Virus record (IMG/VR): IMGVR_UViG_3300029297_000290 | Strand: one strand, 5' to 3' | Length of the DNA: 64,000 nucleotides | From: an uncultured virus (IMG/VR IMGVR_UViG_3300029297_000290) | Taxonomy: Duplodnaviria; Heunggongvirae; Uroviricota; Caudoviricetes | Part shown: in pieces, positions 27,103-36,344 of the stretch | How positions within the stretch are numbered: position 1 is the first letter of the stretch | Layout of the letters: each line of letters opens with the position of its first letter | Notes under the pieces: model-generated | The model's input: the letters and a program-made list of their open reading frames with translations, nothing else | Database searches by the model: none | What the model was told of the DNA's origin: nothing | Translations under genes and position numbers: made by a program

Positions 27103-27828
27103 ATGAGGATATTAATTAGTTCAATTCTATATGATTCTGATTATTTCAGAATAGAGAAAGACGTAAGACAAGTTCGTATTCCAAAACATTTTGTGGAATT
27201 GGGATATAATTGGGCACACCATGATTTTGAGACCTATGATGCAGATGAGTTGGAAACGCTCACCGTGGAAGTGTTCATGCTCTTCGTCAAGAAAGGCAAG
27301 AGGAAGAGATGCCGCTTTTTCAAGACATTGAATGATTTATTAATTGTGTTGAAAAAGGATTACAGGCTATATGTTCCAGAGTCTGAGATTGAGCAATGTA
27401 TGTGTATCTCTGCATCCGGATTAAAAAATAATAATGATATGAAAACAGAAAATCACGTCAGCTACGAGCAGGCTGTCAAGTTGAAGGAACTTGGATTCAG
27501 CGAGCCGTGCAGAGCCTTCTATTGGACGGCTGATGGTCAGTTCAAGGAAACAGACCAAAAGGTTCATGCCAACAACCCAAATTGCACCACTATGGTAGCA
27601 GCTCCGCATGTGTGGGATGTGATGAGGTGGTTAAGGGAAGTTCATGACATACACATTGAACCCGATTTTGTCTATAAAGGTAATTATGATACTTATGTCA
27701 AGTCCGGCAAAAGAAATATATACCGCCCGATACCAGCGAGGTTTAAATCTTATGATGATGCTGTTTCCGCTGGCTTAGACGCTGCGTTGGGAATGTTGAC
27801 AAAAGAGAAAGGGAATGAAACAGAATAA
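27103..27828 (+). CDS. Hypothetical protein (possibly two fused genes; second starts MKTENHV)
   Basis: C-terminal half VSYEQAVKLKELGF...APHVWDVMRWLRE resembles a standalone phage protein. Confidence 0.6.
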   Translation: MRILISSILYDSDYFRIEKDVRQVRIPKHFVELGYNWAHHDFETYDADELETLTVEVFMLFVKKGKRKRCRFFKTLNDLLIVLKKDYRLYVPESEIEQCMCISASGLKNNNDMKTENHVSYEQAVKLKELGFSEPCRAFYWTADGQFKETDQKVHANNPNCTTMVAAPHVWDVMRWLREVHDIHIEPDFVYKGNYDTYVKSGKRNIYRPIPARFKSYDDAVSAGLDAALGMLTKEKGNETE

Positions 27829-27973
27829 ACTATGTGGCAACTGCCGATTGTGGCAAAAGTGGGAGCATGGCGAGTATCACAAGCACGTCTACGGCATCTG
27901 TTGTCTGCCGGGTGTCTTCACGACTTCGGATTTCCCGTGTGACCGACCAAATGAGTTTGTTAGGAATGATTGA
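27815..27973 (+). CDS. Small Cys-rich protein (52 aa)
   Basis: MKQNKLCGNCRLW...GICC...PCD translated by hand. Confidence 0.55.
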   Translation: MKQNKLCGNCRLWQKWEHGEYHKHVYGICCLPGVFTTSDFPCDRPNEFVRND

Positions 27974-28508
27974 GCCTTATCTCCACACATATCGGGTCTA
28001 CGGGCAGCCGAAAATCAAGAAACCGAAGGAACTGAAAGGTCTGAAGCCGAAGTTCAAGGTCAGCCAAGGGGATTGCAAGTCAGCCAAGAGAGACGATGTC
28101 TACGTTGTCGGCAATGACGTGTGGGTCTACTTCGCTGACCTTTTCAGCAGATACGCCACGTTTCCCGATGTTGGGGATATGACGCTACCGACTGCCGCGA
28201 TTGCCGCGAAATATAACTTAGACCGGAAGCGGTTCAAGACTTTCGTCTACGCTGACGGCTGGTGCCGGATCTTTAACCGCAATGAGGGTTATGTGGTATT
28301 TCCTAATCTGATTTGGGAGATGAGACGGACGAGATATGTGCCGGAGTTGATTTATGATGTCTGCGATGCGTTCATGAGGTTATCCGAGACTGACAGAGGA
28401 TTTTGCCGATGTGGTATGGATGTGCTTGATGAGCGCACCGCGACATACGAGAGAGTGATAAGCGAAATGGTTTATAAATTTGTAAAAGAAGATAGAGGAT
28501 ATGAATAA
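27966..28508 (+). CDS. Hypothetical protein
   Basis: Start MIEPYLHTY chosen because upstream frame overlaps the Cys-rich gene. Confidence 0.6.
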   Translation: MIEPYLHTYRVYGQPKIKKPKELKGLKPKFKVSQGDCKSAKRDDVYVVGNDVWVYFADLFSRYATFPDVGDMTLPTAAIAAKYNLDRKRFKTFVYADGWCRIFNRNEGYVVFPNLIWEMRRTRYVPELIYDVCDAFMRLSETDRGFCRCGMDVLDERTATYERVISEMVYKFVKEDRGYE

Positions 28509-29043
28509 ATATATTGATGAGGATGAAATCATCCAACTTTCACAGGCAATAGCATATTTTCAGACCTGTGTTAATAAAAGTAAGTCGGAGATTGAGAGGT
28601 TTTACTTCTCACGGAAGTTATCGGATTTGAGACATGAGTATGAGATAAAGCTTGTTTCCTTCAAGAGTATTCAGGAAGAGTGTCAGGAAAGGGAGATTAA
28701 GAATCGGAATCTCATGGAGAGAGATAAGGCAATAAAGGAGCTTCTAAATGAAGGCGCATTTACTAAAGAGGCATACGAAGAGCATCTTGATGCAATTCGT
28801 GTCAGAAATGAAGAGGAAAAGAGACATAAGGATCGTGAGCTTCAATCATTGAAAGAGAAATATCAGGAATATCTTGCAAAAACAAAGGCTAAAAATCCGA
28901 TGGATGAGGAATCATTCTTGAAAAGCAAGAGGTTTAGGCGGGAACCGATCAATCTTCCGGAGGTGACGTATGACGAATATGTGGAAGAAATTATTGAACT
29001 TCGCATTGACGAAAACAATGAAGTTAAACTTCATGCATTTTAG
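28501..29043 (+). CDS. Coiled-coil hypothetical protein
   Basis: 180 aa, E/K-rich. Confidence 0.65.
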   Translation: MNKYIDEDEIIQLSQAIAYFQTCVNKSKSEIERFYFSRKLSDLRHEYEIKLVSFKSIQEECQEREIKNRNLMERDKAIKELLNEGAFTKEAYEEHLDAIRVRNEEEKRHKDRELQSLKEKYQEYLAKTKAKNPMDEESFLKSKRFRREPINLPEVTYDEYVEEIIELRIDENNEVKLHAF

Positions 29044-29089
29044 TAGATTGATTTATAAAAATTGACTATCTTTGTAAAAAGTTCATTAT

Positions 29090-30502
29090 ATGGGGAAAAT
29101 AGATAATTATATTGATTTCAGCAAGGGGGCATCCAGCACGATAACGAGTCTTAAAAATAAGGCAGTGGTTGTTCCGTCATGGAAGCGTCTCAGATTAGCG
29201 TATGATGCAAGTCAACATGAGGTTTTGACAGACACACAGAACCTTCGTGATAAAATGCGACCAGATAACACGATCGAGAAGTCAACCCGCCTTTCGCTCG
29301 GCATGGAGAAACTTCTTGTCAGTAGGATGTCACAGTTCATGTTCACCATCCCACCCAAGAGGATCTATAAGAATACTGAAGGGAATGAGACCCGTCAGCA
29401 GATAGCAAAGGCGATCGAGGCAATCTACAAACATGCCCGGATCACAGCGCACAATCTGAAACGTGCGGAGCAATACTTCGCCTGTTGCGAGATATTCACG
29501 CTCTGGTATGTCACCAAGGATCCCAACACCATCTATGGATTCGATTGCGACTACAAGCTCAAATGCAAGACCTTCTCGCCCAAAGATGGGACCGCCCTCT
29601 ATCCTCTGTTTGATGAACATGATGATATGATTGCCATGTCTATCGAGTATTCGCGGACGGTAGAGACTGAGACTGTCAACTATTTCGAGACCTGGACGGA
29701 AGATCGTCACTACAAATGGAAGAACGGACTCGGTGTCGGAGGCTGGGAGTTAGCGGAGCCTCCCACAGAAATCAAGATCATGAAAATTCCCGGTATATAC
29801 CTTTCCCGCGAGGAGGCTATCTATGAGGATGTGGCGGAAATCCGCAAGGAGATTGAATATACATTATCCCGCAATGGCAATATCCTTTCCTATAATGCAG
29901 CTCCAATCCTGAAGGTTATCGGGGAACTTGTCGATGATAGCGAGAGGAAGGGTGAAGACCAGAGGGTGTGGAGGCTTGAAAAAGGTGGTGAGATCGGATA
30001 TGTGGAGTGGAATCAGTCAAACGCAGCCATGTCATATCAGATCAGTCAGCTTGTCGACCTGTTCTGGACGCTCTCCCAGATGCCTGACATATCATTCGCA
30101 AACATGCAGAAGCTCGGCAACATCGGATATGACGCACGAGAGACCCTGCTGACAGATGCACATCTGAAGGTGGGTGACGAAGCCGGGGATTGGTTGGAAG
30201 CATTTGACCGGGAGACTAACGTCATTAAGGCTTTTCTTAAAGAGATGCACACCGAATGGCGCGATGAGATTGACAACGTGGAGGTAGAGCATGCAATCAC
30301 ACCGTTTATTCAGAAAAACGAGAAGGAGGAGATAAGCAAGCGCATGACCGCCAACGGGGGTAAACCAATCGAGAGCCAACGCGAGTCAATTGTGCGTTAT
30401 GGCATGTCGCTCGATCCCAATAAAACAATGGAGGAAATCCGCAAGGAAGAAGAGGAGAGTGCGAGTGTAGCTATTCCAGACATCTTCGGGAGCGGGCAAT
30501 AA
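29090..30502 (+). CDS. Portal protein (SPP1 Gp6-like)
   Basis: 470 aa, portal-like size and pattern (LYPLFDE, YNAAPIL, SQMPDISF); own TATCTTTG promoter. Confidence 0.8.
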   Translation: MGKIDNYIDFSKGASSTITSLKNKAVVVPSWKRLRLAYDASQHEVLTDTQNLRDKMRPDNTIEKSTRLSLGMEKLLVSRMSQFMFTIPPKRIYKNTEGNETRQQIAKAIEAIYKHARITAHNLKRAEQYFACCEIFTLWYVTKDPNTIYGFDCDYKLKCKTFSPKDGTALYPLFDEHDDMIAMSIEYSRTVETETVNYFETWTEDRHYKWKNGLGVGGWELAEPPTEIKIMKIPGIYLSREEAIYEDVAEIRKEIEYTLSRNGNILSYNAAPILKVIGELVDDSERKGEDQRVWRLEKGGEIGYVEWNQSNAAMSYQISQLVDLFWTLSQMPDISFANMQKLGNIGYDARETLLTDAHLKVGDEAGDWLEAFDRETNVIKAFLKEMHTEWRDEIDNVEVEHAITPFIQKNEKEEISKRMTANGGKPIESQRESIVRYGMSLDPNKTMEEIRKEEEESASVAIPDIFGSGQ

Positions 30503-30519
30503 AGGAGCCTATTGCCATC

Positions 30520-30556
30520 AAAGACCACGGTTCACCAATAGTCGTGGTCTTTCTTT
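30520..30556 (+). terminator. Terminator after portal
   Basis: AAAGACCACGG...TCGTGGTCTTT plus T-rich tail. Confidence 0.65.
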
Positions 30557-30700
30557 ATGCCTACACGAAAAAAAGAGACGGTCCCCACATACGCGGAAAC
30601 CGTCTCAAAGGATTGGTCGAAGACTCTCAAAGACTGAACTCCAACAGTTCCTGTCCTAAAGAGTGTAGCGCGTTCTTAATCTTAAACTTGACTTACGTTT

Positions 30701-31129
30701 TTATTGCTTCTCTTTTGTTGATTTGACAAACAATCCCACAAGGGAGACTCCTCCAATGCCAAATAGGAACAAGGCGGCATTCTCATGTCCGGTGAAAACA
30801 AATGTAGTGGCAAGACCCATAAGGATAACAGCAAGGGAATATCCCATATATTGACCTCTCTTGATAAGATTGATTTTCTTAAAGGCAATCTCCTTGTTGT
30901 CCTTGCGAGTCTCAGTCCTTTCCGTTATCTGGCTATCTTGTTCCTTTTCCGCCATCTGCATTATTCTTTCAGCTCCATTGGGAATGATATCATCATATCC
31001 CTTCATGATATTGGGAGGAGGAAGAGGTGCGGATAAAAACTCTGTTTTCACAAAAGCTGAAATGACATGAGAATCCGAAGATTGCTCAAGAGGCGCGGAA
31101 TACGAAACGGATTCTGGATCCGGATACAT
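30701..31129 (-). CDS. DUF2335-like membrane protein (moron)
   Basis: SAPLPPP...YDDIIPNGAERIMQMAEKEQ + two TM helices. Confidence 0.85.
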   Translation of the reverse strand: MYPDPESVSYSAPLEQSSDSHVISAFVKTEFLSAPLPPPNIMKGYDDIIPNGAERIMQMAEKEQDSQITERTETRKDNKEIAFKKINLIKRGQYMGYSLAVILMGLATTFVFTGHENAALFLFGIGGVSLVGLFVKSTKEKQ

Positions 31130-31169
31130 ATTTCGCGCCTCAGGTGAATTTGAATCGCGTACAGAGGGA

Positions 31170-31361
31170 TTATTTGATTAGTCTTGATTCATAAGCCTTG
31201 GTGATATAAGATCCAACCTGTCTCCAATAGTCGGCTATGTTCTGTGCATCGGTCTTATTGTTGGAATCTATCGGTTCAACATCAATTACGGACGGCCAGA
31301 ATATGCTTGCCATTCCAATAAGGAAGCTGCCTCCCATAATTTTCTTTAATTGAGCTTTCAT
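31170..31361 (-). CDS. Small moron protein upstream of DUF2335-like gene
   Basis: SFLIGMASIF...TDAQNIADYWRQVG; leftward TAATTTTG promoter at 31389-31396. Confidence 0.65.
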   Translation of the reverse strand: MKAQLKKIMGGSFLIGMASIFWPSVIDVEPIDSNNKTDAQNIADYWRQVGSYITKAYESRLIK

Positions 31362-31635
31362 ACTCTCATGAGGTTTTAAATTATTGTGCAAAATTATATA
31401 ATAAAAACCAAAACTATTATTGAATCCATTCTCAATTTAAGAATTAATATGAATTTTTAACTATTACCGTAATGTCATGTTCTATCCTTCAAAATTCCCT
31501 CACAACCCTAATGTGAGGGAATTTTATAGCCCTCCGAGGTCAAAATCGAACGAAACCGAGGGTCTGTTTGAAAAATTTTTCGAAAAAATTCCTAATTTTG
31601 TTTGCGCATTGCTAAATTGTTATTAATTTTGCGGT

Positions 31636-31941
31636 GCCACATTGATTGATAGGCTTAACCTATTTCGCGGAGCAAGCGGTTATTTGCTCAATATAATTGG
31701 GCTTTTTTTATGCCCACACATTAGGATATTGGCGGTTGCCTATACGTAAGTTAAGATTTAGCCTTTCGAGGTGAAGTCCATCAACTTTCAGCAGCGTATA
31801 GGTGACCCTCTCTTAAAATAGGCGATTGTCTATTGCGTAAAGAACGTGACCCCGTGAAAATGTGGGCTTATCAATCTTGTGGCAGCGCAATATGGCAGTC
31901 GCTTTTCCTATGCCTATCACGTTCAAAAAAGCCACAAGATG
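31636..31941 (+). ncRNA. C4-like antisense RNA leader of the antirepressor operon
   Basis: Two long hairpins (31734-31807, 31821-31903); loop of second is complementary to 31636-31654 and 31931-31940. Confidence 0.65.
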
Positions 31942-32766
31942 AACGAATTAGTAATTCAAGGAGGCAATGGTCAAGATGTGACCACCTCACAAATTGTTGC
32001 ACAAGTATTTGGCAAACGTCATTCAGACGTTCTTCGAGATGTGCGAAATCTCAAATGTAGCGATGATTTCCGTAAACGCAATTTTGCGCTGATGGTGGAA
32101 ATGAAAGAGTTACCACAAGGAGGAGCGCAAAAATCGGAATTTTACGAAATGACCAAGGACGGGTTCTCATTCCTCGTCATGGGTTACACGGGCGCAAAGG
32201 CAGGTCAGTTCAAGGAGCAGTTCATCGCGGAGTTCAACAAACGCGAGATGATGCTGAAAAGCGATGACTACATCCTCATGCGCTCGCAGCAGATTCTTCA
32301 GAAGAGAATCGAGTTGGCAGAGCAGAAGGTGAAGCAGCTCGAGGCAGACAACGAGACCAAGCGCCAGCGCATCGAGCAGCAGACGGAGACCATCGAGCAG
32401 CAGAACGTCACCATCAAGGAGCAGGCTCCCAAGGTAAACTACTACGACCAGACGCTCCAGTCGGTCAACACACTCACCACAACGCAGGTCGCAAAGGAAA
32501 TCGGGCTCGACGCATCGAAGCTCAACAGGAAGATGAACGAGGCGGGCGTGATATTCCGTCAGTCGGGGCAGTGGCTCCTTCGCCAGCCGTATTCGTCATG
32601 GAACCTCTCGGCTACACGGACGCAGACCTACACGCGGTCTGACGGCACCACCGGGACATCGACCTACACGGTGTGGAACGAGCGCGGCAGACGCTTCATC
32701 CATGCACTGCATGAGAGCGGCTACAACGCAAGGGCGGCGGTCAAGATGATAAAGAGTGCGGAATGA
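31939..32766 (+). CDS. Rha-family / KilAC(ANT) antirepressor
   Basis: TTSQIVAQVFGKRHSDVLRDVRNL...MTKDGFSFLVMGYTG; C-terminal APKVNYYD...TTTQVAKEIG...TVWNERGR. Confidence 0.9.
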   Translation: MNELVIQGGNGQDVTTSQIVAQVFGKRHSDVLRDVRNLKCSDDFRKRNFALMVEMKELPQGGAQKSEFYEMTKDGFSFLVMGYTGAKAGQFKEQFIAEFNKREMMLKSDDYILMRSQQILQKRIELAEQKVKQLEADNETKRQRIEQQTETIEQQNVTIKEQAPKVNYYDQTLQSVNTLTTTQVAKEIGLDASKLNRKMNEAGVIFRQSGQWLLRQPYSSWNLSATRTQTYTRSDGTTGTSTYTVWNERGRRFIHALHESGYNARAAVKMIKSAE

Positions 32767-32769
32767 GAA

Positions 32770-33156
32770 GTGGAGCCCGAAAAAACGATGGAAACAATGA
32801 AGACGATAGATTCAATAGAGAGCGCGATATTTGAGTCGGCGAGAGAGTGGGTATGCCTCCATGACGCGGACGGCAATCAGGAGAAGGGCAACACCGTGGA
32901 GATGATCCTCCGACTGGTGTCGGATTGTGTGGGCGACCTGATGATGCCCGACATGGAGCCGATTGTCAGGGCGGTGTGCCACTACATCACCACTAAGGCG
33001 AAGGGAGAGGAGGCCGACAAGGCTGTCGAATCCCTCACAAAGCTGTTGGAGATAAAGTCACGCATCGACGATACACGTCCTTACTTCGAGATACTATCCT
33101 TCGGTGTGGAAGACTACCTTGAACAGAAGCTGCTGTTCCAGATAAACGGCAATTGA
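32770..33156 (+). CDS. Hypothetical protein
   Basis: 128 aa ORF after antirepressor. Confidence 0.6.
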   Translation: MEPEKTMETMKTIDSIESAIFESAREWVCLHDADGNQEKGNTVEMILRLVSDCVGDLMMPDMEPIVRAVCHYITTKAKGEEADKAVESLTKLLEIKSRIDDTRPYFEILSFGVEDYLEQKLLFQINGN

Positions 33157-33199
33157 CAGAATTTAAGTCCCGACATTGGGATATGTCAGAGTTATTTGC

Positions 33200-33297
33200 T
33201 AACTTTGCAATGGCGAATGCCACCCGTGAGGATTGCGGTTCGATTCCGTCTCACATTTAGGGGTGTCTGATTATTTCAGAAACCCCTTTATTTTTTT
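33200..33297 (+). ncRNA. Candidate sRNA with tRNA T-arm-like minihelix
   Basis: TAACTTTG promoter 33200; GTGAG..GCGG-TTCGATT-CCGT-CTCAC; terminator 33259-33297. Confidence 0.5.
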
Positions 33298-33454
33298 AGT
33301 ATAATTATCAAACCTTAGGTCTTTATAACCTAATTCTTTTACTTTTCCATATTGGTTGATAAGAACAATATCCCCCAATGGAAGATTGTTGCGTTTCATG
33401 TAATTTGTTCGATGTAAATTTCCTAAAATATTTTTATATATTAAACTTATTTAT

Positions 33455-33534
33455 TAATTTTGTGTCATACTTGAAAATATTATTACATGCGGGGGGTGTA
33501 CCGAGAAATCGGAGCCTCCCGTACCATTTTTTTT
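33455..33534 (+). ncRNA. Candidate sRNA convergent on the MuF toxin 3' end; hairpin ends in ACCA
   Basis: TAATTTTG promoter 33455; stem 33488-33523, CCA, T8. Confidence 0.5.
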
Positions 33535-36172
33535 AATATAGCTTATTAAACATTATGCCGCTTTGTGTGAGGCAAATGATTCTTTTAAATCTTCTGAAAG
33601 GCATTCCTTTATTTATCATGCCAATGTAACGTGATATGGCACGTGTAAATTCGGGATCATTATATTCTGTATTTGGTAGAAATATTACTGCTACTTCCAC
33701 ATTATCCTTGGATGAACAGTGTTTTAAGCCTCGAACTATATTGTTGGGGGTTCCTGTTTCACATGAGGCTAATTCAAATAGAGAACCGTCCCAAGAACCT
33801 TCAGTGTATCGTTCTCCAATTCCCTTTCCAGATTCTTTCTCTAAAATAACTGAATGGCCTTGTTGGAAACCAATTTCTTGCACCTTGGTTTCATACCAGC
33901 CCTTCTCTTTGTCAATGTTATGTTCACTATGCGTAGCTTTCAGGCCTCCATTCTTGGGATTGAACTCCACATCCTTGTAATTCTTATCATTCTTCAGTCT
34001 CTCGTATTCTTTTCGGTTCGCTTCTATACGAGCTATTTCTTGGGGAGATTTTGTATTATCCTCTCTTGTGTCCGTTGATTTATTCAATATCCCATCCACG
34101 ACCTTCTTGTTATCCTTGATGAAATACGGCAGCGTTCCGCGTCCTTCGGCAGCCGTGATACGGTCTTCATTATCATGTATCCAATCTTTGAATTTGTCCG
34201 GTACGTCAATGACCTCATTGACGGATGGCTGCTCCTCTTCACTGTCGGGGTCATAATCCATGAACTCATCCTCGGTCTTCAGTATAGGGATGCAGTAGCA
34301 CATGCAGTTTGACCCCCAGAAGCATTTGCCGTTTCTGTGGATATACATGATGTGATTCTTTGATAAGGTCAGGTCGTAGACTTTCCCGGAATAATTGACA
34401 ACATCTTTTTGAAATACCGTAGCGGTGGATGAATGGCATTCCGAGATTTTCCAACAAGAATAATTGCTTCTTATCAAAGTACCATCCTTCTTTTTGCTGA
34501 CACTTGGAGGTTGAAGCGCGAAGGAGGGTCTGTTCCCGACCTTCAGGATTAATTCGGAAAGATCTGCGGCAAGTTGCTCGGACGTTGTGAAATAGACACG
34601 CTCTTCATTCTTACCCCGGAAAAGATGGCCATGATTCCCGATGAAGCATTTAGGGCCTCTTATATATCCATCACACTTCAGGAAGGCATCAAGGAATATG
34701 CGTATCTGTCGCGGCGATGCGTTTTTTATCTCCGAGGGGATAAACTTATTCCGGCATGTCCCGAACCGGGCAACATATCGGTTCAATGCCGAGTTGTAGA
34801 TATTCACATTGTCTTTTGAAAGTTTAGGATTATATTCCATCCTCCGGGCAACATCGATAATCGGGAGTCGTGCAGGCTCACCATCCTTCTGCGAGATGAC
34901 CACTCCGGTTCCATGCTGAATGCTACCATCGGAAAGATAGTAACCCATGAACTCGCAGAAATCATCAAAATTCACCTCCCTATCCTCCAATTGGAAAGAA
35001 GGCACATCGGCAGCATGATAATGAGCACCCCTATAAAATGCTCCGAGAGATTTGCGGAAATTCATTGCTTCGGCATATCTTATCTCATCTGTGTTCTTCC
35101 CCAGATACACCATACGATGCTCCGGAGTCACCAAACAATCAAGAGAGCGATTGTGGAACCATATCATCTTCCCATCTCGTTCGTAGCATTGTTGAGTCAC
35201 GATGTTCACCCATTCCATTTCTTTCGTGGCGGGATTAAGAGACAATATAGCATCATCGGGAAGCACATCTTTAAAGAGCTTCCATCCACGTCCGGTCAAT
35301 ACTTCGCTATCATCTGAATAGCACTGCGGATGCCACCCCTTGAAGTCAAACGACTTCGGATATTTTCCGGCAAGCTCATCGCAGATGTCCTCCACATGGT
35401 GTCCGTTCTGTGTTGTCTTCACCTCGAATCCGACAACAAAATCAAACTGCTCCCACCGTTTCTGTTCGGCGGTGCGGTAAGCCATATTAATCTCGGTGCG
35501 TGCGAGTCTTTGCGCGTTCCTTGCAGATGAGCGGTAGACACCGGTACCTGGATGATATGCCTTGGCATTATCAGACAATTGCAGGTTGCCGAACTTGTCA
35601 CGGATCTTGCGGAAACGTTTGTCCGGTTCCTTCAGATATTGCTTTACATCGGCGGCGAGACTCATTGCAGACGTGCCGGGATCAATGGCGGCAGACAGAC
35701 TCTCCTCCAGCTCTGTCTTATATTGCTCCGTCAGATTCCACACACGCTTGCTTAGATTCATGCCGTTTTCCACACGATTCTGAAAAGCCTTCAGTGCATC
35801 CGAGTTTAACCGGAAATAGCGGGTGTACTCCTCACCATTGCGGTCAGTTCCGGTGTATACTTTCAGTACCTTCTGCGCCACAAGATCCTGAACGAGATTG
35901 CTCTGTTTCCATTCTTCGGATGTGGAGGACATGATCACACCCATCAGGTTATTCATGAACTCTTTCTGTAATTTCAGAAATGCGGATTTCGTTTCCGGAT
36001 AATCGTTGAAGGAGAATGGTTTGGCCTGGTCAATATCAAAGAGAGATGCCAACGAGAGAGATTCGCGAAGCATCTTATCATATACACTGTTTATTGCAGA
36101 TAGGTATTTTTCTATCCGCATTTTAAGCCGTTTGTTATTCCGTTGGAAATTCGGCAATCTTACTTTCCCCAT
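33533..36172 (-). CDS. MuF (SPP1 gp7-like) minor head protein with intein and C-terminal nuclease-toxin-like domain
   Basis: NAQRLARTEINMAYR, ICDELAGKYP, GWHPQ|intein|CMCYCIP; C-terminal PD-(D/E)XK-like CdiA-CT-type region. Confidence 0.88.
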   Translation of the reverse strand: MGKVRLPNFQRNNKRLKMRIEKYLSAINSVYDKMLRESLSLASLFDIDQAKPFSFNDYPETKSAFLKLQKEFMNNLMGVIMSSTSEEWKQSNLVQDLVAQKVLKVYTGTDRNGEEYTRYFRLNSDALKAFQNRVENGMNLSKRVWNLTEQYKTELEESLSAAIDPGTSAMSLAADVKQYLKEPDKRFRKIRDKFGNLQLSDNAKAYHPGTGVYRSSARNAQRLARTEINMAYRTAEQKRWEQFDFVVGFEVKTTQNGHHVEDICDELAGKYPKSFDFKGWHPQCYSDDSEVLTGRGWKLFKDVLPDDAILSLNPATKEMEWVNIVTQQCYERDGKMIWFHNRSLDCLVTPEHRMVYLGKNTDEIRYAEAMNFRKSLGAFYRGAHYHAADVPSFQLEDREVNFDDFCEFMGYYLSDGSIQHGTGVVISQKDGEPARLPIIDVARRMEYNPKLSKDNVNIYNSALNRYVARFGTCRNKFIPSEIKNASPRQIRIFLDAFLKCDGYIRGPKCFIGNHGHLFRGKNEERVYFTTSEQLAADLSELILKVGNRPSFALQPPSVSKKKDGTLIRSNYSCWKISECHSSTATVFQKDVVNYSGKVYDLTLSKNHIMYIHRNGKCFWGSNCMCYCIPILKTEDEFMDYDPDSEEEQPSVNEVIDVPDKFKDWIHDNEDRITAAEGRGTLPYFIKDNKKVVDGILNKSTDTREDNTKSPQEIARIEANRKEYERLKNDKNYKDVEFNPKNGGLKATHSEHNIDKEKGWYETKVQEIGFQQGHSVILEKESGKGIGERYTEGSWDGSLFELASCETGTPNNIVRGLKHCSSKDNVEVAVIFLPNTEYNDPEFTRAISRYIGMINKGMPFRRFKRIICLTQSGIMFNKLY
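34307..35323 (-). mobile_element. Intein (339 aa) with LAGLIDADG homing endonuclease
   Basis: Block A CYSDDSEVLT, block B LVTPEHRM, EFMGYYLSDG and FLDAFLKCDG, VYDLTL...WGSN|C. Confidence 0.9.
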
Positions 36173-36191
36173 GAACTTTTTGAATTTGGTA

Positions 36192-36224
36192 CGAAATTAA
36201 CAAAAAGTATTTATATTTTAAATA
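36192..36224 (-). promoter_or_regulatory. Conserved phage promoter copy upstream of MuF
   Basis: Reverse complement TATTTAAAATATAAATACTTTTTGTTAATTTCG matches the other three copies. Confidence 0.6.
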
Positions 36225-36344
36225 TATTGATGTGTATATATGGATGATTCTTAATAATCAATATAAAATTGACTCAGTGGGATCAATTTCAACCTAATAC
36301 GATTTCACATTTGCATAATTCCATAAAAATTAGTAATTTTGGAG

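Noticed and set aside
27834..27965. N-terminal extension of ORF 27834-28508
   Set aside because: It overlaps a 52-aa Cys-rich gene; the start at 27966 is preferred
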